From a virus (taxonomy: Duplodnaviria > Caudoviricetes): 40,137 nt of DNA. Positions 23,579-32,203 of this stretch are shown here, piece by piece. A program made the position numbers and the translations under genes. The first letter of the stretch is position 1. Every line of letters starts with the position of its first letter. The stretch is from positions 1-40,137 of IMG/VR virus record IMGVR_UViG_3300017700_000744; one strand, written 5' to 3'. The notes under the pieces were generated by a model. It made no database searches. It had not been told where the DNA came from and saw nothing but the letters and a program-made list of their open reading frames with translations.

Positions 23579-23789
23579 ACAGAAACTAGGAGCCGGTAGG
23601 AACCCGAACCCGGCGGATACGGATATAAAGGCATTTGCGATACGGAGAGAGGATGGTTTAAGCCAGATAGTGCACTACAGGCTACACAAGGACTCTAGGC
23701 GTTGGGTAGAGGAGAGTTGTGGGCAGTTCCGGGATAAGCCGGGGATATTAATGGAGGTCATGACATGGTTAGCCAAATCGGAATCCTAA
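23565..23789 (+). CDS. Hypothetical protein
   Basis: First ORF of the late block. Confidence 0.5.
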   Translation: MAVDKQKLGAGRNPNPADTDIKAFAIRREDGLSQIVHYRLHKDSRRWVEESCGQFRDKPGILMEVMTWLAKSES

Positions 23790-23950
23790 TATTGGTTGGG
23801 GTGGGGACTTATTTTTCTGGGTGGATTGCTTCTTTGTATCCGTGCTGGATTATATGGAGTTTAGTTACTCGGGAGGCACCCCCACAGGACAAGAAGATAA
23901 AAGAGCTAGAAGATCGGATTTATAGTTTAGAAAGGAACAATCTTGGGTAG
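23765..23950 (+). CDS. Small membrane protein with coiled tail
   Basis: GGAGG RBS; hydrophobic N-half. Confidence 0.55.
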   Translation: MVSQIGILILVGVGTYFSGWIASLYPCWIIWSLVTREAPPQDKKIKELEDRIYSLERNNLG

Positions 23951-24263
23951 AAGGGCAATTGATGACGCAGAGAGGACGCGGAATGCTGTCTCTGATGTTC
24001 TTAAGGTTCTTGTGAAACATAAGGACTGGGATGACGTGGATATTTTAAAACTCCCTCTTTTGAGTCAATTGTTTATTAATCAGTTAAGGGAACCGAAGGA
24101 AGCAAATGCGGCCCTTAAGTTTATAATGGAATTTATAGCAGGGAAAACCGGTGTTGCTCCAATGAAGAAAGAGCGCCCAAGCAAAATTGAAGTATCGTTT
24201 CAGGATAACCCGGACGACCAACCCAAATTAACCGATGAAACTACAGCTCAAATACAAGCCTAA
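23943..24263 (+). CDS. terS: Probable terminase small subunit
   Basis: Position overlapping terL; helical with AALKFIMEFIAGK; positional call. Confidence 0.5.
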   Translation: MGRRAIDDAERTRNAVSDVLKVLVKHKDWDDVDILKLPLLSQLFINQLREPKEANAALKFIMEFIAGKTGVAPMKKERPSKIEVSFQDNPDDQPKLTDETTAQIQA

Positions 24264-25545
24264 CTCCCCCCATCAAAGAAAGTTCCATTCCTCTAAGGCA
24301 TATGAGCGTCTTTTGATGACTGGATTTGGAGGGGGGAAAACTAAGGCAGGGGTGGCGGAATTTACAAAACTCTGTTTGTTGAACCAGGGATGTGACTCTC
24401 TTGTCGTTGCCCTTAACTACCCGCTTGCTGATAAAACTATTGTGCCAGGATTCAAAAGTTTATTTGATGATAGCGGGATTGAATACACTTACAATTCCAA
24501 TAAACACACTTTCCATCTCACAGATTTTGGAAATAATATTTACATAGGGTCTTCCGATGTACCGGATTCCCTCAAAGGATCAAACGTATCTCATGTATGG
24601 TTTGACGAACTCGCCTCCATGCCAAAGGAAGCGTATACTCAGGGAATTGGCCGGAACCGTTTAAGGTGCCCCACAGGAAATAAGATTTTCCATACGACTA
24701 CGCCGGAAGGGATTAACTGGGTATATGAAGAGTTCTTTCTTAGCTCAATGGAGGGCCGCGAAATTATTATTGGGGCAAGTTGGGATAATGTTGCAGTAGA
24801 CAGAAAATATTTTAATGACCTTATCAAACGCTATACCCCCGAACAAGTGGAAATGTATATTCATGGGAGATTTGCAAAAGGTCGTGATGGTCTCATTCTA
24901 CCGGAATGGGATGACAAATGGATTACCCAATCTTACACCTCAAAATATTACCCGCACTATTGTCATTATGTTTCCCTAGATTTAGGAGTGCGAGATAAAA
25001 CTGCTATTCTATTTGGGACATACTTCTTTGTTGAGAGTCGGCTTTATGTGGAGCGAGAAGTGATTATGCATGGTAGCGATATGACTACCCTCTCCATAGC
25101 GGACGCAATCCGAAAAACAGAGCATGAACTCTGGAAAGGCTCAAACAATATAAGAAGATATTCTGACTGGAACAATCCCCTTCTTCTTCAGGATTTGTCT
25201 GCTCTACATGGTATCTATGTAGACAATGCGATGAAAGACGAAATCGAGGCCATGGTAAACGATACTAGAGTTTTTGTAAATGGAGGGCGCCTCTTGATTC
25301 ACCCGTCATGTGTAGAACTTATCGCTAACTGTAACATGGCAAAATGGAATCCGAAAAAGCTACGCCCGGATTTTGCTAGAACTTCATCACTAGGTCACAT
25401 GGACGCTATGGCCTCACTCTTAATTATGAAACGAAATATTGATGAATACACAAATCCAATTCCGGTTACAATGATGAATCCTTTCATGCAACACGCACAA
25501 ATTATAGAAGCAAACTATCACGTTTTAGAGGAAGTTTTTAAATGA
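24235..25545 (+). CDS. terL: Terminase large subunit
   Basis: Q-motif PHQRKFH, Walker A TGFGGGKT, Walker B VWFDE, TTTPEG, nuclease SLDLG and HMDA. Confidence 0.95.
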   Translation: MKLQLKYKPNSPHQRKFHSSKAYERLLMTGFGGGKTKAGVAEFTKLCLLNQGCDSLVVALNYPLADKTIVPGFKSLFDDSGIEYTYNSNKHTFHLTDFGNNIYIGSSDVPDSLKGSNVSHVWFDELASMPKEAYTQGIGRNRLRCPTGNKIFHTTTPEGINWVYEEFFLSSMEGREIIIGASWDNVAVDRKYFNDLIKRYTPEQVEMYIHGRFAKGRDGLILPEWDDKWITQSYTSKYYPHYCHYVSLDLGVRDKTAILFGTYFFVESRLYVEREVIMHGSDMTTLSIADAIRKTEHELWKGSNNIRRYSDWNNPLLLQDLSALHGIYVDNAMKDEIEAMVNDTRVFVNGGRLLIHPSCVELIANCNMAKWNPKKLRPDFARTSSLGHMDAMASLLIMKRNIDEYTNPIPVTMMNPFMQHAQIIEANYHVLEEVFK

Positions 25546-27722
25546 AAACATATTTCGCAAGTTTCGAAACTAAACAAGAAGATTTTCTTGCAGAACTCAA
25601 TACCCGTATTGACATGTACTACGACTATCTCAGAAATCGCGGGACATTGGCTCTCTGGAGGCAAATCTATACGCTATTTTACAAACCTAAATGGACTTCC
25701 GGTAAAGTTGTGAAAGTAGGTGAGGAACTAGAGTTTAAATCCCTTCAAGTCAACCATTTAGCGAACATAGTTCAGCATCAAGTGACAATGATCACACAGG
25801 ACGAAATTGCTTGGGATGCAAGAGCGGTGAATTCAGATATTGTCAGCCAAAGTCAGGCCAAATTTGCAACACAGCTTTTAGAAGCTGAGGTAAAGATTAA
25901 AAAAATAGAAAATCTGGACGCCCTTTGTACGTTCTATTCAAATATGTTCGGGGAAGGTTGGTGGAAAATTGCCTGGGATGCTACTGCCGGAAAAGATTAT
26001 ATCTCTACCGAAGAAACCGAATACGACCCGGAAGGGAGCCCCATCTTAGAGCCAACCCTAGATGAACAAAACGAACCTATCCAGGATCCAGAAACTCTTG
26101 AGCCTGTTATGCAGGAAAGGAAAATCCCTGTTGCTAAAAAATCAGGGGACACTACTTATACAGTACATATGCCAATTGATGTAGCTCGGGACGTATATGC
26201 CCGAACTCACGCAGACTGTCGCTGGAGGTCGGTTCGAACTCTCCGAAATAAATACGAAGTTGCGGCATCAGTTGCGGATCCTGAATTAAAAACTAAAATT
26301 GTAGAATGTTCCGAAAAAGACAGAGATGGTGTGCGTGATCTTCTTTATCCTGCCACAGACATGCTTACCAATATTGACGAAGACGGGGTTTTTGTTCAGG
26401 AGTTTTTCCATGACAGGACAGAGGCCGTACCGGATGGGAGATATACTGTTATTGTAGGACGAGATATTATCATTTATGATGGGGTTCTCCCTTATGAGGA
26501 AACACCTCTCTATCGATTAGCAGGACAAGAAGAAACAGAAACTCCTATGGGATGGTCAACTGTCTATGATATTGCCTCTATCCAAGATGCTTTAAATAAA
26601 CTCTATTCAATCGTTACCACAAACCAGCTTAAATTCGGTGTTGGCGTGGTGGTAGTCCCGAAAGGTTCCGGCTATTCATCTTCTACCCTTGCAAAAGGAA
26701 TGAAAATCATAGAAGTAGACCCAAGAGCGCCAAAACCAGAAATTCTGACTCTTCTGCAAACAAAACCAGAAATTTTTCAATTTATCTCACAACTCGAGGC
26801 AGTCCTCGAGAAGATTTCCTCTGTTTCTTCTGTAATGCGCGGAGACCCGGCGGCTTCTGTCCGATCAGGGAACATGTTGGAGATTATTTTGGCGGAAAAC
26901 CATAACTTTTACAAAGGATTGGAACGATCTAGAAAAACATGTTTGGAGAAACTGGGAACTGCATTCATTAAGATCATGCAACAATACGCAGACGCGGAAA
27001 GACCTGTTGCACTCATGGGGAAAAATGGTAGGTATTACACCAAATATTTTAATTCAGAAAACCTTGAGAATGTAGAACAAATCTATGTAGAACAAGGGAA
27101 TCCGATCCAAAAATCTTTTGCCGGAAAAATGACAATCGCTCGGGATCTTCTCAATTCAGGCGCGCTTAAAGACCCGAGGGAATACATCCAAATCCTGACA
27201 ACCGGGAATTTAGACTCTGCTACCGATCCAGACACAATGGATTTTATGCTAATCCAGGAGGAAAACGAGGCTCTCATGGAAGGAAAGCCAGTAGTTGCCT
27301 CAATTACGGACTATCAGGCTTGCCATGGGTATCATCACACTGTAGTTTTGGCAAATCCGGCTGCAAGACAAGATCAAGCTATAGTAGAGGCAGTAAACGA
27401 CCACTTAGGCCAACATGCTACCATGGCCGGTTTTATTCTTCCTGGTGGTAACGAACCACAATTCAACCCAGACAGAACCCCAATGGTTGAACCACAGCTA
27501 GACCAACAAGGTAATATTGTTTTAGATCAGGAAGGGAAGCCAGTTTTGCAACAAGTTATTTCTCCGATCGAACCAGATATTTTAGGTTACCTGAATTGGT
27601 GCAGAATGATTATGAATGCGCCACCTTCAGGACAAATGCAAGTAGCACAACAAGCAATGATGATAGGAGCGCAAGGCATGGCTCCTCCTGAGCAAAAAAT
27701 GAACGTGCCAGTTAGAGGATAA
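25542..27722 (+). CDS. Portal protein (large, podovirus type)
   Basis: 726 aa directly after terL; G.GWWKIAWD and SIQDALNK. Confidence 0.85.
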   Translation: MKTYFASFETKQEDFLAELNTRIDMYYDYLRNRGTLALWRQIYTLFYKPKWTSGKVVKVGEELEFKSLQVNHLANIVQHQVTMITQDEIAWDARAVNSDIVSQSQAKFATQLLEAEVKIKKIENLDALCTFYSNMFGEGWWKIAWDATAGKDYISTEETEYDPEGSPILEPTLDEQNEPIQDPETLEPVMQERKIPVAKKSGDTTYTVHMPIDVARDVYARTHADCRWRSVRTLRNKYEVAASVADPELKTKIVECSEKDRDGVRDLLYPATDMLTNIDEDGVFVQEFFHDRTEAVPDGRYTVIVGRDIIIYDGVLPYEETPLYRLAGQEETETPMGWSTVYDIASIQDALNKLYSIVTTNQLKFGVGVVVVPKGSGYSSSTLAKGMKIIEVDPRAPKPEILTLLQTKPEIFQFISQLEAVLEKISSVSSVMRGDPAASVRSGNMLEIILAENHNFYKGLERSRKTCLEKLGTAFIKIMQQYADAERPVALMGKNGRYYTKYFNSENLENVEQIYVEQGNPIQKSFAGKMTIARDLLNSGALKDPREYIQILTTGNLDSATDPDTMDFMLIQEENEALMEGKPVVASITDYQACHGYHHTVVLANPAARQDQAIVEAVNDHLGQHATMAGFILPGGNEPQFNPDRTPMVEPQLDQQGNIVLDQEGKPVLQQVISPIEPDILGYLNWCRMIMNAPPSGQMQVAQQAMMIGAQGMAPPEQKMNVPVRG

Positions 27723-27724
27723 AT

Positions 27725-28702
27725 ATGGAAGACACAGCAATAGAAGTAGAAGAAGATTTAACACTCCCGGAAGATGATGACATTATCCCGGGAGGAATCG
27801 GGTTTGTACCCGATGAGAAAAAGGTAGAACCTCCTAAACCGAAAACTCAAGGCGGAGCTCCCAAAAAAGAAGCTCCGCCTATCCCAAAAGTTCTAAAAGC
27901 CAAAATTAACGGGAAAGAAGAAGATGTAACAGAGGAAAAGATTCGGCAATATCTGAAACTAGATCCTGATGAAATCTTTGATGATAAAAGACACGTCAAA
28001 TTCTACCAACAACAACGTGATTTAGATTTGCGGTACAATGACGTCGGGCGCACTAAAAACGAACTGGAACAGATACGCCAAGCTCTAGCCAGTCCCCAGG
28101 GGTTTGAACAATTCTTACGAGAGGCGGGCGTTGACCCGGATGAATTCGCATTTCAAAGAATGCAGCAACGGGAAGCACTACAGCAAATGTCGCCTGAACA
28201 GCAAATAATGTTGCAAAGGCAACAAGAACTTGCTCAAAGAGAAGAGGCTATCCAAAGATATGAGCAGCATCAACAACAAATTAGGCATCAAGAAGAAGTC
28301 ACGCACCACTATAACAATTACGTAGGAAGTATGGCGAAGGAATTGGCAAAAGGCGGAATCCCGCAAGATCCAACCCTTCTCGCTATGGCTGCCGATCATA
28401 TTGAGGCACAAATGCAGCGAGGGAGAAAAGATATTTCTTTCCAGGAAGCGGCAAAGTACACAATGGATAAGTTCCAGAACTCTTCCAGGAATATAATGAC
28501 CAAAATGGAAGGCGAAAAGCTAATTGAATTTCTGGGGAAGGATATAATCAGAAAGATCCGAGAAACTTTGGTAAAACAGCCTAAGGGATTACAGCAACAA
28601 GGGAAAGTTGGTCAAATCCCAATTTCTAATACAGTAAATCAAAAACCAGCGATGTCACGGGAGCAATATCTCGCAGATGTCCAAAGGCGAATGAAAGAAT
28701 AA
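27725..28702 (+). CDS. Scaffolding protein
   Basis: Between portal and capsid genes; acidic N-terminus, KINGKEEDVT and Q/E-rich coiled coil. Confidence 0.75.
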   Translation: MEDTAIEVEEDLTLPEDDDIIPGGIGFVPDEKKVEPPKPKTQGGAPKKEAPPIPKVLKAKINGKEEDVTEEKIRQYLKLDPDEIFDDKRHVKFYQQQRDLDLRYNDVGRTKNELEQIRQALASPQGFEQFLREAGVDPDEFAFQRMQQREALQQMSPEQQIMLQRQQELAQREEAIQRYEQHQQQIRHQEEVTHHYNNYVGSMAKELAKGGIPQDPTLLAMAADHIEAQMQRGRKDISFQEAAKYTMDKFQNSSRNIMTKMEGEKLIEFLGKDIIRKIRETLVKQPKGLQQQGKVGQIPISNTVNQKPAMSREQYLADVQRRMKE

Positions 28703-28714
28703 GCAAAAAAAGGC

Positions 28715-28792
28715 TTGACATTGTGATTTTCATGCCATAATGTCAGGTCAGAAGCTACGGCTACCTACCTTTCGGAACCGCTACGGCGACCT
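28715..28792 (+). promoter_or_regulatory. Capsid promoter-like site TTGACA-N15-CATAAT with leader direct repeat
   Basis: Boxes at 28715 and 28736; GCTACGGC(T/G)ACCT at 28754 and 28780. Confidence 0.6.
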
Positions 28793-28835
28793 CCACCAAC
28801 AACTACTAAATTTTCCAAGACATTAGGAGAAAAAT

Positions 28836-30110
28836 ATGTCAACAACAGTAGACGGAGCAACGCTCGACCAGTGGTTTAAGGATATTTATAAAGACGGTTA
28901 CGTCTCCTTAATGCCGGATAATACGAAATTAATTAAAATGATCCCTTTTAACAGGCGGTCAATGCCAGGGGAAAAAGTAAAAGCGGGAGTCGTTACTCAA
29001 AGATCCAATGGTTTTACTTACGGTGGAACTCAAAACCGAGCATTCACTCTTATCACACCGGAAGCGATGGAAACACGCGCCGCACAAGTTTCTCCAAATC
29101 AGATTGTTTTGAGAGAATTTGTGTCAATGGCAACCGCTACGCGCGCAAAAGATTCTAAGCAAGCATTCGGTGAGGCTATGTCTCTCGTTATTGAGAACAT
29201 GATGGAATCATTCGGTAACAGACTCGAGATTTCAAACCTATACGGCGGTATCGAACTCGCTACTTTCACGGCAAAAACAACTCCCGTAACGAATAGTCTG
29301 CAATTAACTATCCCCGCATCTGAGTGGGCAGTTGGTTTATGGTGCGGCATGGAAGGCTCACTTTATAACTTCTATGTTGGTTCAACGCTCCTTGGTGGTG
29401 CAACTCCACTTAGTGCCGATTCAATCGGAACTTTGACGGCGGTAGACACAGAAAACTACAAAGTCACTTTCTCTTTCACTGCAACCGGCTATGCGGCTGT
29501 CAATGGTGCAACGATTACGGCTGTTGCGGCTTACTTCGCTGGTTCTTACGACATGGAGCAAGTTGGTCTACATAAGATCACTGCAAATACTGGAACTTTG
29601 TTTGGAATTAATGCTACGGAGTACTCTCTATGGCAATCTGTTCAACAATCAATTACGGGTGCGCTTACTACCGGTAAACTAAACCGATACATTGCAAAAT
29701 CTGTGGGTAAAGGTCTTTCCGAAGACATCGACTGTTTCGTAAACCCAGTTACTTGGACTGATTTAACTCAAGACGTTCTTGCACAAAGACTTTTTGACTC
29801 ATCTTACGACCAAGGTAAGGCTGTTGTCGGCTCCAAAACATTGGATTTTGTTTCTCAGTCTGGTAAAGTTTCTATCATACCTCACAACATGGTAAAACAA
29901 GGTTATGCGTATGCAGGGCCAACTAAACGATTGGAACGTATCGGCTCAACAGATGTAACAATGGCAAATGCTGGTAACAACGGGGAAAGAATCTTCTTGA
30001 ATTTGCCGGACAACAACGGTTTTGAACTGAGAGCATTCTCTGACCAATCATTATTTACTACAAAACCAGGTCTTTTCGGACAAATTTCTGGAATTACGAA
30101 CGGGGTATAA
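28836..30110 (+). CDS. Major capsid protein
   Basis: 424 aa after the scaffold gene; AGGAG RBS; FKDIY, NLYG.G, GTLFGIN...YSLWQ and terminal ISGI. Confidence 0.85.
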   Translation: MSTTVDGATLDQWFKDIYKDGYVSLMPDNTKLIKMIPFNRRSMPGEKVKAGVVTQRSNGFTYGGTQNRAFTLITPEAMETRAAQVSPNQIVLREFVSMATATRAKDSKQAFGEAMSLVIENMMESFGNRLEISNLYGGIELATFTAKTTPVTNSLQLTIPASEWAVGLWCGMEGSLYNFYVGSTLLGGATPLSADSIGTLTAVDTENYKVTFSFTATGYAAVNGATITAVAAYFAGSYDMEQVGLHKITANTGTLFGINATEYSLWQSVQQSITGALTTGKLNRYIAKSVGKGLSEDIDCFVNPVTWTDLTQDVLAQRLFDSSYDQGKAVVGSKTLDFVSQSGKVSIIPHNMVKQGYAYAGPTKRLERIGSTDVTMANAGNNGERIFLNLPDNNGFELRAFSDQSLFTTKPGLFGQISGITNGV

Positions 30111-30112
30111 CA

Positions 30113-30661
30113 ATGGCAGGATTTAATTTACAGGTCGATGTCGGGGATAGTGCTTCCTACGTAGAAAGTCGGGTATTCTTTCAAACGGATTACCCACTTA
30201 ATCTAATCCAGATTAAAAACGCTATTACTGGTCTACTCGCCGGAACCTATGCAAATGGAACCGCTACCGCAAATGTAGGAGCAATCGCTTCTACGGCTGT
30301 TGTAACCATTGGAGCGGGAGATTTTGCTAATAACGATACAATTACCATAAACGGTGTTGTATTTACTGCAAAAACTTCTGGAGCAACCGGGAATCAGTTT
30401 AATATCGGAGCCTCATTGACAGAAACTGCGGCAAATCTTGTTGCAGCAATTCTAGCGTCTACGAGCGCACTCCTCAAACAAACTGTTTTACCTACTTCTG
30501 ATGGTGCTGTAGTTACTCTAGTTTCTAGAATCGTAGGAGTAATTGGGAATACAACTGCAACAGGTGGAATTTTTACGTTAGCCAAATCTGCGGCAAACGT
30601 AACAATCACTTCTACTTTTGCGGGTGGGACAGATGGAGAAGTTTACAACTTTTTGGTTTAA
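30113..30661 (+). CDS. Head decoration/fiber-like virion protein
   Basis: A/G/T-rich; NDTITINGVVFTA...QFNIGA...TAANL. Confidence 0.6.
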   Translation: MAGFNLQVDVGDSASYVESRVFFQTDYPLNLIQIKNAITGLLAGTYANGTATANVGAIASTAVVTIGAGDFANNDTITINGVVFTAKTSGATGNQFNIGASLTETAANLVAAILASTSALLKQTVLPTSDGAVVTLVSRIVGVIGNTTATGGIFTLAKSAANVTITSTFAGGTDGEVYNFLV

Positions 30662-30664
30662 AAG

Positions 30665-31048
30665 ATGGTATTAGCATTCCCTGATGAAGTTGTAACGAGT
30701 CCAAATGGAATAGATGAATACGGGTCTAGGGCTTACGAATACCCTCTCAAGAATATAGACGAATTGCCAATTGAGCAAGAAATTTCTACTGGCTCAACGC
30801 CTTGGATCTGCACACCTCGTGGTGTGCAGTCCATTTGCTTGGTAGCGGAAGAAGTTTCCGGGTCGGCTACGTTTGCAGTAGAAGTAACCTCTAATAAATA
30901 TAGCGAATTAAAAGCGGGAACAGAAGTTGCCGTTTCATTGGGCAGTATTACTGCAACTACGAGATATGAATTGAAACCATATGCCGCGGTGAGATTGACA
31001 ATTGTTTCAGGAACAGGAGTTGCTAAACTCCATTACAGGGCACAATAA
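30665..31048 (+). CDS. Putative virion protein (beta-rich)
   Basis: Late-operon position. Confidence 0.55.
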   Translation: MVLAFPDEVVTSPNGIDEYGSRAYEYPLKNIDELPIEQEISTGSTPWICTPRGVQSICLVAEEVSGSATFAVEVTSNKYSELKAGTEVAVSLGSITATTRYELKPYAAVRLTIVSGTGVAKLHYRAQ

Positions 31049-31248
31049 TGTTTCCAGATCCAGCACTGGCAGCCGCTTCCCAATTCAGCGGTAAAATGAG
31101 AGGGTTAAGTTTAGATGATGCAATGGCTACTATCCCAGAAATATCTGCGAATGAAAACCAATGGCAAGTAAACGACTTGACTCCTATCCAAGAAGAAGAC
31201 CCTCAATTAACTGATGAAATCTTAGCGCTTATCGAAAAACTAACTTAA
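31048..31248 (+). CDS. Small acidic hypothetical protein
   Basis: TAATG coupling. Confidence 0.55.
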   Translation: MFPDPALAAASQFSGKMRGLSLDDAMATIPEISANENQWQVNDLTPIQEEDPQLTDEILALIEKLT

Positions 31249-31252
31249 TTAC

Positions 31253-32203
31253 ATGGATACGGCCTCCCTCTTAAAATCAATAAAACGTAGAGCAAGGCTA
31301 TTTTTAGTTTCTTTACCGGCTGGTCAAAATCAAGAGTTTCTGGACATAATGAATGAAACTTTCGATAATACTGTATTGCCAGAAATGCTCGCAATGCGAG
31401 AAGAATTTTACGTTCACGGTATTACATGGAATACTGAACAAAATCAAACCATACAAATCCCATCCGATGCAATCGGTGCAAAAGTAAGAGGAATTTATCT
31501 TTTAGATAATGAAGGTAAAATCCAAAGACCGGTTCCATTTAGAAACATCGATACTGTTTATCAATATGAGAGTGCTGCAAATGGATGGTATACTCCTGGC
31601 ATAATTTTAAGAAATAATACATTAGAAACTAAAATGGCTTCTTGTTTAATGCAAGTTGCCTACTATAAAATGCCGAACAAACTTATACTATTTGATGAAA
31701 CTGCGCCACAGGCAACAGCTTCGCAAAAAGTGTATCAAGTTTTAACAGTAGCAGGATCAAATTTAACTCTAAATAATCCAGCTCCTTTGACAAGCACTGG
31801 TACGCCTGTAGTATATGATGTAATAGAACCGGGGTACCCGCATAATAAGCGTGGATCAATTACTGTCACATTTACATCCCCATTTAATGCAAATCCTCAA
31901 ACAGCTACCTATGTAGGTGGAGTTATCAATACATTCACAGGGGAAACTTTAGTCCCTGATGTCGGAGATTGGTTATTTCTACCAAATCAAACTGGGTTTG
32001 CAAACATACCTAGAGAAGTAGAACTATATTTTATTCTAGCGACAGCCGCCGCAATTTTGAATTTCCAGGGTGCCGCAGAATTTACGCAGGTTCAACAAGA
32101 AGCAAATGAGCAATTAAGACAAGTTCAAATGTTATTAGACCCTAGGAATGATGGCTCGCCTTGGACGTTAACTGACAATAGAGGATTATCGGATTTTACG
32201 TAA
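31253..32203 (+). CDS. Head-tail adaptor (tail tubular A-like)
   Basis: LLKSIKRRA N-terminal helix, IP.DAIG.K.R and IP.E....ILATAA; precedes the nozzle gene. Confidence 0.65.
   Translation: MDTASLLKSIKRRARLFLVSLPAGQNQEFLDIMNETFDNTVLPEMLAMREEFYVHGITWNTEQNQTIQIPSDAIGAKVRGIYLLDNEGKIQRPVPFRNIDTVYQYESAANGWYTPGIILRNNTLETKMASCLMQVAYYKMPNKLILFDETAPQATASQKVYQVLTVAGSNLTLNNPAPLTSTGTPVVYDVIEPGYPHNKRGSITVTFTSPFNANPQTATYVGGVINTFTGETLVPDVGDWLFLPNQTGFANIPREVELYFILATAAAILNFQGAAEFTQVQQEANEQLRQVQMLLDPRNDGSPWTLTDNRGLSDFT

Noticed and set aside
23107-23634. Minus-strand ORFs 23107..23337, 23294..23497 and 23392..23634
   Set aside because: Mutually overlapping, no RBS, and explained by the skewed low-complexity composition
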